Assembly: GCA_973895155.1 (NCBI GenBank) | Contig: OZ316895.1 | Span: 9,040,184 to 9,104,183 of the forward strand | Direction: 5' to 3' | Length of the DNA: 64,000 bases | Source of the DNA: Marsupella aquatica | Lineage: Eukaryota > Plantae > Marchantiophyta | Shown: positions 40,750 through 52,837 of the stretch, piece by piece | Position numbering within the stretch: position 1 is the stretch's first letter | Layout of the letters: every line of letters begins with the position of its first letter | Translations under genes and position numbers: made by a program | Notes under the pieces: model-generated | Seen by the model: only the letters and a program-made list of their open reading frames with translations | Database searches by the model: none | Told to the model about the DNA's origin: nothing

Positions 40750-43160
40750 AGGCGCACAATGTGTTACACCCTTCCTGTACATTGTTGTTCTATGCACACA
40801 AGCAATTGCATGGTGTGTGCAGTGCTACATTCCAAATCCAATCCAAACCAGTGGGTTCACAATTTTGTTGTTTGCAATGGCACATGGTGAGGTGGTAATT
40901 AGGGATGACATTGAAAAATGCCAGGATCCTTTGCACACAGGTCCTAGTGTAGTTTACATGAAATACTTCCCGCTATCAAAAGTGTCATTCCAGGCAACAA
41001 GAACAACTACTATAGGGCCAATGATATTTGCAGATCTGAAGAGATGATGCAGCTTTTCTGAGAGGCAATGAACAACAACAATGAAGAATGACCGATTAGA
41101 CACTTGGAGTCCACTATGAGGAATGTAGAACGGGACAAGGAGAATTGAGAATAGGGCAAGTGCTCTCTGGTGATGGATACTTTGCATGGTAAGTCCAGTG
41201 AAATGAAAGTCAAACATGGTTCTGATTGGGCCATTCTGCAACTGAAGAAGTGTTTTCATGAGAATAGTAAGTGTGATAGAATTCAATATCCTACCATAGG
41301 TGAATTTTTGATGCTACAAATTTGCAATGGTCTAGGTCAAAGGAGGACACTGCCTAGATTCCTAAAAACCAACTGAATGACATTATTTGGTGAGAAAACA
41401 TGAGGATTAATCAAGCAGGGCCTCTGGAGAAGACAATGACCTGGTAAGACAAGCGCCACTGGAAGGATATCCTGGGTAACAAAGTCCCAGAGAACTTGAG
41501 CTCTAAAGAAGGGGGCGTCTACCTGAAAAAGAAAACAATCACAGGTATGTCTCCCCATGTCCCCATGCACATCACATTTTGCAAGTCACGTCTGGCATAT
41601 TTCTGACATTGTGGCAAGACACGAAGGACAATGCATTTGTTTTTTTGAATGACAAGGACGTACAATGCATTTGAACTCAGCTTTTTGGTGTTGTCATAAA
41701 TAACTTAGACTATCCGCCTGTTTTAATTCGCAGGGTCCTCCATCAAGCGAGACTGCCACTGCAATTTCACAACTCATTTTGTATTGCACTCGGATGTTCT
41801 CCTCATTCGTTGGCTACATTGGGAACACAAGGATGGAGATGGGCGGATTGTCACAATTTGGAGGACACACCCGCTTACGCATCTAACTATCATGTCAGCA
41901 AAGGCTATTATCAGGGCGCACTTTGATGAGGTTGCTGTCAAATGGCAAAATGATCATCCAGATTTGGATGCAGATGTTACCTTTACCAGAGACATGCAGC
42001 TCACGCCAAAAGACATTTATACAATCAGAGAGGCAATGCGTCAAAGACAACCATTTTACACAACGGATGATGCAACTTGTGTTCACAATTGGGCCCTTCA
42101 ATACAAGTCAGATTTACTTGTTTATCAGCCCCAAGTTAAAGCACATGATCAACCCTTCATCTTGGCCTGGTGTAGCAAGTGGCAAAGGAAGAAGTTGGCT
42201 TAGCTTGGTCACAACGATGCTATGGGATTTGATGCCACATTGGCACTGTCTAATCATTGTGGGGTAAATATGATTTCAAACTTGACATTGTACAAATGTC
42301 AACATTCATTCAAACTGTTAGTGTTGAATTAAATCTGACTTCTTCTTGTTTCATGCAAATGTGCAGTTCCCCTTTTACACCTTTGTGGTTTTTGACAAAT
42401 TTCAGAATGCAATTCCTTTTGCATTTTCAGTCCTCCAAAGGTACACAACAAATGATATATATAGGTCAGTAAGTCACAAAGCTCAAACAGCCTGCAAACC
42501 AGAAGAGATCAGATATGGGCAATGACAATCCATGGCAACCTAACTGCTGGATGATCAATGTTGAAGACGAGGAGCAAATTGCCATAATGTAATGCACTAC
42601 TACTAGGACAATTCCACCCGATTTCTTAATTTGCCAGATTAAACAAAGTCACCCAACAATGGCTTTGTAATGCTATTAATCAAGACTTGCATGGTGTCTT
42701 TGTGCAACAAAACTTTCTTGAATGTGCCCATCACCTTCTATACGTGCTCGAAGGTCTCACTATATGGATGCCTCCCCATCACCTGCCACATTTTTAGGCC
42801 TTGGACCCCCTAAAATGTAAGGAATTTTTTTTTTCAAACCCTATAAAGTAGGAATATTCAAAAAATTTGGCTCTAAAGACCCTAATGTTCAGATTATAAG
42901 TCTCAAAATTGGATTTAAAAGACCCTATATTGTTCTTCTCAAAAAAAATCTCAAGTCTTCCCTTTGAACCAATGAAATGACCCTATACTTCACCGCACGT
43001 GATGTGCCATTTTTGTGGAAGTGAAACCCCCAAGTGTACGTGGCATGTGAGGAGGACGTGGACCAATATGAATATCATTGGGAAGGTTTTCTGCCCATTT
43101 GCAAAGGCTCAGATCAATGTGGACGTTGAGGCCTTAATGTATTTTGATGGAACATGTTTA
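40750..43160 (+). mobile_element. MULE-type (SWIM-family) transposase pseudogene, 5' part
   Basis: SIKRDCHCNF...LIRWLHWEHKDGDG (zinc finger); DDATCVHNW...PFILAWCSKWQ...GFDAT (DDE region); NVPITF/CTWHVRRTW (CxxH). Resembles plant At1g60560/At4g13970-like MULE-SWIM proteins as recalled. Stops and frameshifts; start approximate. Confidence 0.72.
42747..43034. mobile_element. Decayed 288-bp TIR element with 8-bp TSD, inside the MULE transposase
   Basis: TSD TATACGTG (42739-42746) / TGTACGTG (43035-43042). TIR CTCGAAGGTCTCACT vs AGTGAAACCCCCAAG (11/15, all mismatches transitions). Removal restores NVPITF(C/Y)TWHVRRTW. Confidence 0.7.
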
Positions 43161-43261
43161 CTTGGTTCAATTTCAGTTCAATTCAACATCATTTTGCCTG
43201 TTTTGAATTGTCAAGACTGTCTGAAATTGCAAACACCTGAAGAATTGCCAATTTGTTACAT

Positions 43262-46200
43262 GTCATTACATCCCAATATACCTTCCCTAGAGTTGACATG
43301 AATCTGCTAACCTTGCCCATCGCTAGGGCCAAGTCAGGCCTAGTACAAGTCATCAAATACATCACACTGCCTACTACCTTCTCATAAGGAATCTTAGCCA
43401 TCAGACCTTTCTCCACAACATCCGTAGGAGAGAAAGCCGATGATAACTTGAAATATGAAGCTAAAGGAATACTCACTGGCTTATAGTTCTCCATGTTGAA
43501 TCGTGCAAGTACTTTCCTCGCATACTAGCCTTGACTCAAGCACAACTGTCCAGTCTCAGAGTTCCTAAAAATCTCCATCCCTAAGATCCTCTTGGCCTTA
43601 CCAAGATCCTACATCCTAAATTCAGCACTCAATTTCGCCTTGAGATTGTCAACCTCAGATTGATCTTTAGCCACAATAAGCATGTCATCCACATAGATCA
43701 CCAGAATGATAAAACCAAATACATCAATCTTCATTGATTTTGTATACACACAGGATCATACACCATCCTTGTAAAATCTTGAGCAAGCATGAAATCATCA
43801 AACCGCTTGTTCCACTATCTGGGAGACTGCTTCAATCCATACAAGGACTTGAGCAATCTGCAAACTAAGTTCTCTTGGCCTTTCTTCATAAAGCCTAGTG
43901 GTTGTCTCATGAAGATCAACTCCTCCAAGTTGCCATAGAGAAAAGCAATAACAACATCCATCTGATCCATCACCAGACCAAAAAACACAACAAGTTGACA
44001 CAAGATCCAAATTGTGGAATACTTAGCCACCGGTGAAAAAACCTCATTGTAATCCACTCCTTTCTCCTGAGTGAACCCCTTGGCAACAAGCCTTGCCTTG
44101 TAGATCTTATCTCCACCCTCTGAAAGACTGTCCTTCAACTTGTAAATCCACTTGCCGACTTCTTGGAAGCTCCACCAGCTCTCATGTCTTGTTGTCACTC
44201 AAAGATTGCAACTCCCTCTGCATTGCTCCATTCCACTCATGCTTCTGCTCTGAAGCACAAGCCTCATTGTACAAAGAAGGTTCTCCTTCTTCCAAGATCA
44301 AAGCCTTATCATCTTCATCAGGTGCAATGTCAATATCATCTAGCTTAGATGAGTCTGCCCATCTGTAGATGACTCAGGCTGATCTACTATTGTTGCTAGC
44401 TGATTTTGAGGTACCCCAGCAACAATCTGCTCCTCTTGTTCCATCACAAGAACCAGCTCCAAGCCCGAAGCTTCTCCATCTCTTCCGTCATGAACATCAT
44501 CATGACTAATCTCCCCCTTAACCCAGTTCAGGATGGGAGATTTCCTCTTGTCAGTATGGGAGTCCTGAGAACTCTCCCCCTCCTTTGATGATCTGGATTC
44601 ATTAAAGGACACATCTCTACTGACAATTAGTTTACAAGATACTGGATCCCATAACCTATAACCCTTCACACCTTTCTGATAGCCAAGGAAAATGCACTTC
44701 TTCAACTTGGACTCCAACTTGGATCGAAGCTGGGAAGGTGTAAGCACATAAGCATCACATCCAAAAATCCTCAGATGTGAGTAATCTGCTGGACGCCTGT
44801 ACCTCATTTCAAATGGCGTCTTGAATCCAATAGAACTGGATGAAGAAAAATTTACCAAATAAGCTGCAGTGTTGACAGCTTCAGCCTAAAACTCATGTGG
44901 TAAGCATGATTGACTCAACATACTCCTCGAGCGATCCAATAGTGTTCGGTTGAGACTCTCAAAAACACCATTATATATTTTTTTTATCTAATAATTATTT
45001 AATAATTCTATAAATTTCTCTATATTTCCAAAAACAAAATTTATAGAATTATTAAATAATATTTTAATCGTCAGAAGAAATGGATATAAAAAATTGAATA
45101 TAAATTTATAGTTAGTAAAATCAAGGGTTACTGAATGGGGAAATTTTATCTATTGAGGAGTATAAGTTGTTGTGAGATGGCGGGGTAATCCCCTACTCCT
45201 TACAATATGTTCCAAATTCCCTGGAATTATATTCACCGTCGTTATCCGATTGAATATCTCACCTTATGACCAGTCTAATTCTCTACTTGGGCTTTCCACT
45301 CCTTAAAAGTGGCAAAAACATCAGACTTATGGTGTAGAAAGTATATCCACACATACCTTGAGTAATCGTCTATGAACGTGACATAGTATAACCATCCAGA
45401 ATGTGAGGGAGTAGGGGCTAGACCCCACACATCACTATGTACATACTCAATTACATCCTTGCTGGTGTGAGTTCCAACTCCAAAAGGTTTCTTGTGCTGC
45501 TTCCCTAGCACACACTGCTCACAAAATTCTAACTTACAAGATTGCAAATTAGAAAGTAATCATTTCTTCTGAAGAATAACCAAACCTTTTTCACTCATGT
45601 GGCCCAAACAGAAGTGCCACAGCCGGGCCGTCTCCTCATGAGATAAGGTTACATTGGCTTCATCATAAACTATATTGCCCTCCAAAACGTATAGATTGCT
45701 AGTCTCTTTCCCTTCAATACAACTTTAGTACTAGTTGAAACCTGAAGGACACCATTAGCAGAACTCCACTGATGACCATTTGCTGCTAAAACTCCAAGTG
45801 AAATGAGATTTTTCATCATGTTGGGAATATGTCTCACATTCCTCAATGTCCTTACAACACCATCAAACATCTGAAATCTTACAGATCCAAGTCCAACAAC
45901 TTGACATGGGATTCCATTTCCCATCAACACTGACCCGTTGGAAACCGTGTAAGAACTGAAAAAATCTCTCCTAGAGCAAATGTGAAAAGTACATGCACTA
46001 TCTAGAATCCAGTCATCACTACCTGGATTTGACACTACGTTAAGAGCATAACCTTGACATCACAATATGTCAGCATCATCGAGTAAATCTACCTTATGCG
46101 AGCTCGATACCGCGTTAGTAGATGCAGTAGGGACCTTTATTTGACAATCTCTTTTCATGTGGCCTGGCTTGCCACAATTCCAACATGCAAGAGGCTTCCT

Positions 46201-46958
46201 CTCTTGCAATTCCCTTTGGATTTAGATCTTCCTCGTGATGTAGATCTAAACCTGTTCTGCCCATTTGTGCGCTGCACTAATCTCCCATGGTTCGCGTTCA
46301 GCGCAGTGCTAGAAGAAGATGCTGGCTGTGATTGACCCACCTTCTTCTGAGCATCATCAAACAGTAAAGAGCTCACCACCTCATTATACAAAATGGACTT
46401 CAAATCTCTGTATAAGAGCACCTGTATCAAGCCCTGATATGATGGCGGTAAGGAGCTTAGCAAAAGCAAGGCCTTATCCTCATCTTCAACTCCTTTTTCC
46501 AGGTTTGACAGATCCACCGCTAGACTGTCAAACTCATCCAGGTGATCCTGCATCTTGCTCCTTTCTTTGAGCTTGAGGCTCATCAAGACAGACTTCTTGT
46601 ACAGCCGGTCTGACGCATCTTCCCGGTAGTACTTCTCTCTAAGAGCCTTGAATAGTGACGCGCAATCCGCATAATCATCCAGCTGCTTGATGATGTGCGG
46701 CTTGAGATATAGCATCACTATATTGACAGCAATCACCTGCTTCTGTCTCCACTGTCTCACAAAAATCTCCTCCTCTCCATCATACTACTCTCGCGAAGAG
46801 AGCAGATGAGCTAAGCTCATGGCCCGAAGGACACCCTTCAGTTGCTTCTCCCACAACAAGTAATCAGTACGACCATTGTACTTCTCCACCTCAAACTTCA
46901 CTCCTCCAAATCTAGCCATCTCCCTCTTCTTCCCCACTACCAATAGCTCTGGTAGTAA
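43262..46958 (-). pseudogene. Copia gag-pol main body, with stops and frameshifts
   Basis: ORF fragments 46785-47000, 46155-46760, 45670-46035, 45275-45547, 44340-44858, 43815-44198 and 43189-43494. Confidence 0.92.
44973..45149. other. Very AT-rich insertion with a 24-bp perfect hairpin, inside the copia integrase
   Basis: Splits the TYTPQ..NGV motif. Arms 44994-45017 and 45037-45060 (ATTATTTAATAATTCTATAAATTT), 19-nt loop. Confidence 0.8.
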
Positions 46959-47759
46959 CACCACTACTACACTATCATCCATTTTTGTGGACCCAAACAT
47001 ATCGCAACTAACAAAGAACTCTATATCAAGAATTCTATGGGTTGCGACTAAACGCGCATGGCAACGCCTTCGCCATTTGCGAATCTAACTTCTTTGCAAT
47101 CGGACCATCGCAACACCATCACAATGACATCGCAATTACCCAACCGCATAGCATCGCAATTTGCCGGACATGTGCGATGTTTTACGTATCGCATTGTGTT
47201 CGCAAATCCCCACACCAATGCCGCAGAGGTTGTTCAAATTTGCGAACGCTTTCGATTTGCAAATTGTTTGCGTTGTTAGTTTACTCGGAATATGACATAC
47301 TTGTAGGTTCATAAGTTGTCGTGTTATTTGTATCGCAAATACTGGAGTGTTTTGGTTCAAATATAACAAATCAATTGCCTTCGCAATCAGCGAAGAAAGA
47401 AGAATGGGATAGTTGTGAACCGGGTTGAATGTAAAAGTTTGATGCAATCTTGCTCGCAAGTTGCGAGTTAAATGAGTTGGTTATTTTCGAGGATTGGGAA
47501 TTCTCAACCGGTTCGCAATTGTTTGAAAGCACAAGCTTCAATAAACATTTTGCAAGGTATTCCTCTTGGGTATGGACCCAATGTATTGGAAGGCAAAATT
47601 CGTGTTTATAAGACGAGAAATAGGTGCATGTACAAAATGTAGGAGTTCAAGGAACCCTATTCATAAGAAGGGTGGCATATGTGATGCCAAGTGGACCCTA
47701 CTAACCATATCCTACCTCTTCCTATCCTAAGCTCTTACATGGCTAGTCACTCAAACTAA

Positions 47760-49795
47760 CTAAAATGGGCTCTTCCTACCCCTCTTGGCCGGCTTCTTGG
47801 CTGGCTTCTTGCCCTTATCCTTTCGGGAACGTATATCCTGCTGCTGACAGGTGTGCAGGGCCCGTGGGTGCTCCTGCTCCTCCTGCCTCTCCTGCCTCTC
47901 CTGCTCATCCTCATCGTCATCACCTGCCTCCTGCTCCCCCTCATCATCAACCTGTCTTGATGATGCAAGACTACTACGACTACCACGATGGGATGAACCG
48001 CCCTCATGGCTACTGTCTCCCCCCTGAGCACCACTAGTAAGAGGCTGATCCTCATCATCACTACTGCTCACATCAGCACCCGACCTCTCAGGCTCATCCG
48101 AATCCTGCATCCATATACTTAATGAGTTTATGCAAAATTAAAGGGTCCCCAACAATGTTTGCATGACAACTAAAAAATTGTCAAAACTAAGATACTCACA
48201 ATAGCCAACTCGGCATCTACCATCGCAAAGAGGTACTTTCGTCCGTGCTCCATTGCTGTCTCAATATGTTTCTTTGATATCTTTCTCTTTATTTCCGGTA
48301 CTGTCATGCATGCCACCAAAAATTAAACACACAAAAATAAACCCTAGCTTATAACCTAAAACTCACCCTAATTAAACCCCACAAAAGCAAACCACATTCC
48401 AAGGGAATTCATAAACTTTGCGAAGCTAATAGGTTGACAACATGCGAAGGCCAATAGTTTGCGAACTCATTGCGATGTCCGTTGCGATGCGGGTTCCTTC
48501 GCAACGGGTTCGCAATTGTGGAAAAACAAAAATCCGTAATAGAGTTTGCAAACATGTTGTGAAGGGATACGCATCACAACGGGTTCGCAAACTGTGTTCC
48601 CGAGAGTTTTTAAAAAGGTGACCAAAATTCTAAGTGTCAGACATGACCTAAAACAATACACAAGCAAGCACATGAGAGCTTCAACATTCATGGGATTCCA
48701 TTCACTTGCATTGCCCCACTGGGAAACTAAGTTGGAAAGAGAGTACAAAGGGGAGGAGGCACTCACGAAGTGAGCCTTGAGGCCGGGGAGCCCGCCTTGA
48801 CCCAACCCGTGGATTGGATTCGGGGTGGCCTTTACTCGCTTGGCTGCATCAGTGAATCACTTGGGTGGTCTTCCTTCTTGATCAACCACCTTCTGCATAT
48901 CAGCCACCTTCTGTTCGAGTCCCTTCAGGTCGTGGTCAGGGGAGAGCTTCCCGGCCTCCTTTGCCTTCAAGGCTCGAGCCAGTGCATCCTTCCACTGATC
49001 TAACTCACTAGCTGCTTTGATCTGCACCTCAATTTTGTTAAATGCATTCCAAATGTCCTCGATGAAGTGGAGGGGTCTACGCAAATTCCTGTACGATCTC
49101 AAGTCTTTCAGGTGGGCTCTGATCTTCATCCTGTCATGGTATCTCATTTGAGACATAGAATTTGAAATCTTGTCTCCCAGCCATTGCTCATCTATGTCAG
49201 GTCCGTTGCGAAATGCATTTTTGATCTGATTGATCACCCTCTTTCGTTCTGCCTTCTCAACCTTTCCCCACTGCATGCCTCGTGAGAAATTGCTTGTGAT
49301 GATCTGCTTGATTGTGCTCTTAGCCCCTGCATAGGCTAGCTCTGTTGGAGTCCCACTCGTCTCCAAGGCAATGAATGACAACTTTTTCCTTGCTTCCTCT
49401 TTTTGACGTTGCTCATCCCTCTGTTTTCGAATTGCATCCCTCTCCTCTCTTCTCTTCTTTTTTTCTAGGGCTTGAGGAGAAGCAACTCCCGATTTAGCCC
49501 TCTCCTCTCTCTTCCTTTTTTTCTCTCTAGCTTTCTCCTCTGCTACGGCCCTTTCCTCCTCCCCCCTAGTAGCCTGCCCTGCTAGAATTCCTGTCTGCAA
49601 AATCTGCCCTAGAATGCCACTCAACGAGGCAAGCCCTGCTGGAGTATTCAAATTCACTTTGCCCAACTGTGCAGCATTGAGATGTTGGGCCACTAAATCC
49701 ATGAATGCATTCTCCTCCTTCTCTTGATTTGTCCCATTGCCACTACCACTAGCACCACTAGCACCGTGTTGTCCACTTCCCTCACCACCAGCCAT
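47760..49795 (-). pseudogene. CACTA accessory (TnpA/Ptta-like) gene, multi-exon, one premature stop
   Basis: 312-aa ORF 49795-48857 (charged coiled coil, then KQIITSNFSRGMQWGKVEKAERKRVINQIKNAF). Reads on past the TGA as FTDAAKRV..HGLGQGGLPGLKAHF|gtgagt. Further candidate exons at ~48300-48200 and 48104-47760 (acidic, then a basic NLS-like KGKKPAKKPAKRGRK tail). Splice phases not fully resolved. Confidence 0.6.
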
Positions 49796-50399
49796 AGCCT
49801 TCCGCCTCTCAAGTCTCTTTCTTCTCCTTGCGCGCAGCTACACTATCCTCTTGCCTTCTCCGCTCGTTCTCTCGACAAAACATAGGAATGAGCTCAACGC
49901 GAGCTCCCGCCGACACTTACAGCATTCAAAAAAAGGCTGTTGCGATCAAATTCGCATGGGAAACTCCCATCCTATACGCTTCGCAAACTGTTTCGCACAT
50001 TGCGACCCCATTGTGAAGGTTTCGTCATCGCAAGGGAATCGCAACCTGCAGGAGTGACCAAAATTTGCTCTCGACCTCTGTTTTTGCAAAGCCGTTGCGA
50101 AGCGGAGAGGTTCGCAAAATGTCTCTCTGAGTTGTGAACTAATTTGCGAGGCAGGTGATATCGGTTTAGGGTGGGAAACGATCCCGAGTACATTAAACGG
50201 CTTTACAAGGGTAAGTTGCTTAAACCCATAACTCATTTGTGATTTGCCAAGTTAGGAAAATATAATTGGGTTTTAAGGTAAGGTGGTTTGTGTTTAATTG
50301 AGGGACTTAATTTTTTTATGTTCCAATGTAGGGGTTTAATGTCGGGGTTATGTTTTAATGTGCTTTGACTTCTAACTCAGGGTTTTTTCACTATATTGA

Positions 50400-50690
50400 A
50401 GTTTAGGGTCATGGTCTATTTAATTGAGGGATTTGGGTTAGGGTTTAAGGTAAGGGTTTTGGTTAGTAAGGTTTTACCTTTGAAGTTTGGGTGTGGGTTT
50501 AAGGTAGGGGTTCCTATAATTACTTAGGTTCTACCTTTGAAGTTGTGTTAGGGTCTAGGGTGGGGGTTTGAGTTAGGTTTTAATAGAGGTTTTGTTTATT
50601 TTCTAATTGAGGGTTTACTTTGGGTTAGGGTTCACTAAGGGTTTAGGGTTAGGGTCCAGGGTAGGGGTTTGGGTTAGGTTTTCATTTAGG
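50400..50690 (+). repeat. Degenerate telomere-like (T)TTAGGG-rich tract inside the CACTA
   Basis: Scattered TTTAGGG/TTAGGG/GGGTTT, e.g. GGTTTAGGGTTAGGGTCCAGGGTAGGGG at ~50640. Confidence 0.55.
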
Positions 50691-52048
50691 GTATGCTTTC
50701 ATTTTTTCATTAACATAAAGGGTTGGAACACTCTAGGACTACTTGCACGACACTTCCGCATCTTTTTCAAAGTTTTGGCTAATGCATATGCATTGCGAGA
50801 GCCCGGGCATCTGAAAGGTACAACTTGTTTTAAAGCCTTTTGGTTTATATTGGAACTATTGAGGGTTATAGTCTATCATCCCTTTCTCTACTTGATCATG
50901 AGTCATGGCTTATAATGTATTATATATTTGCAGATTTTTCCCTCCTACTTCCAGATTGGGTTCATCAAGTTTGAGCCTGAAGACCTATAGACATTGCTGA
51001 GCCTGGGTCTCAAAAACGGTAATGTTCATTTCACTTCAATTTAAAGTGTATTTAGGGTTTAAAAATGATGGTTTTGGGAATTTTTTTACTAACTCCAGGC
51101 TCCAAACATTTGTTGCATTTGCCAGATGTCTTCATCCTCTACAACTTCCACCACATCGAACTCCTCCTCCGATGAAGACATTCCTCCTCCTCCTGAGCCT
51201 GAACCAAGTGTACGTCGACCTAGTGGTCCGCCATGTCAACTTTGTGGTTGTAAAAAATGTGTGGGGATGGTTGTCCAAAAGTCATATGTATGTGCGGACC
51301 ACATTGTAAGATATGGACAACATTGAGGTCTTACACCGGGAGCCTCTTCATCCCATATGGTGAGTTGTAAAGTTACCTTGTTTGTTTCTAATTTCATAAA
51401 TCTACCTAGCATGACTTAAGTTTTGGGGAAGTTGTTCACATTTACTTTGTTGGATTTTTTTCATATAGGTATCCACTAGGCCTACACCCACGGCACCAAC
51501 ACCCTATGTTCCCTCACAAAGAGTTCTCGATGCTATAGGCTTGGCCCTTTCACAAGCTTTTTGTCTAGTCGCAATAGGGCAAGGAAGTGTTGGGACAGCT
51601 GAGGGTGTTGGTATAGTTACAAGAGGGAAAAAATAATCTAAAAGGAAGTCTAGAGGGGGGTATAGCGACGGAGACAGGAAACAGGTAAACAAGAATTTTT
51701 TTTCCTATTTTTAAAATGCTGTTACCAAGAAAAAATCATTGTTACCAGGAAAAATGACAATTTAAAAATGTCTCCTAAAACATGTTATTTCCCAAAAAAT
51801 TAACAATGCAACATTTTTGGCTAGCTTTGGGCGCTACTATTAGCAGCGCCGGGCGCTAGCAGCGCCGGGCGCTAGCCAAAAAAATTGGTCAACCAAAAAA
51901 AAACTTTTTTTTCTAATAAAAAATAAATTTCAAAAAAAAATCAAACAAAATTTCCACCCATTTTCCTGTTACCAGTTTTTTTTCCTGTTACCAATTTCTG
52001 TTATTAAATCTTGTTTCCTGTGTGCTGTCTTTTGTAAACACCTCCTAG

Positions 52049-52679
52049 AGGGGAAGTTGATCAATATACCTGTAGGGTTGATGGTAGGTGGGGACCTTGT
52101 ACGTTCACAGGGAAATGTGTGCCAATCATAAAGGATTGGAATCCTGATTGCCTTGGTTTGCCATGTGATATAACCTATGGTGAGGAGATAGAGGTTTGGG
52201 GAAGGCGTTGGGTTGTCAAAAGTTCTACACTAGGGGAGAGACATGGGTATGGAGTTTTTTCTTGTGAGGACATCATTGTGGATGATATGGGTGGAAAAGG
52301 GCGGTCTCAAGATGGACCAACGTTGTTCCCATATGGTGGACCCATTTACAAGAGGAGACATTGGAACATGATCCTTGTACAACACCCTGAGTGGAAGACT
52401 TATGCATTGGACATGGATACTTTTGATGGCTGCACTAGAAAGTATAGTGAACAACGTATAATTGATGGTGATCCCATCCGTAGTGGAAATATAGCCGGTT
52501 TCATAAACAGTACTGTGGGGTCCCGGCCCAAGCGTAGGAAAAATTGTGAGTGGGTTTTTGTTGATGGTCTCCCTCCAGCATCATATGGACAGAGATATCA
52601 TCATGACCATTGTCTTGTTGTGGCTACAAGGACCATTAAGGCCGGAGAGGAGTTGTTTACTCATTATGAGTGGGATTAG
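52049..52679 (+). CDS. SET-domain (lysine methyltransferase-like) exon carried by the CACTA
   Basis: Open frame from a candidate acceptor at 52048 to the stop at 52679: VVKSSTLGERHGYGVFSCEDI (motif I), PYGGPIY (motif II), YALDMD..IIDGDP..GNIAGFINS..NCEW (motif III-like), LVVATRTIKAGEELFTHY (motif IV). Putative upstream exons (51126-51359, ~51469-51684) contain stops. Confidence 0.8.
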
Positions 52680-52837
52680 GCTTAGATATTTTAGGGACAC
52701 TCATGTATTAAATGTTCATTCATTGCGTGTGAACATATTTTTGTAAGCTACCCATGTCCTTTTCATATTATTAATAATATATTTATCTCACTATTATTTG
52801 GAGTTTGATGGCAAATGCTTTATTGTGTTGTCCATAG

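Noticed and set aside
50400-50690. True interstitial telomere array
   Set aside because: No sustained perfect (TTTAGGG)n run; only scattered variants.
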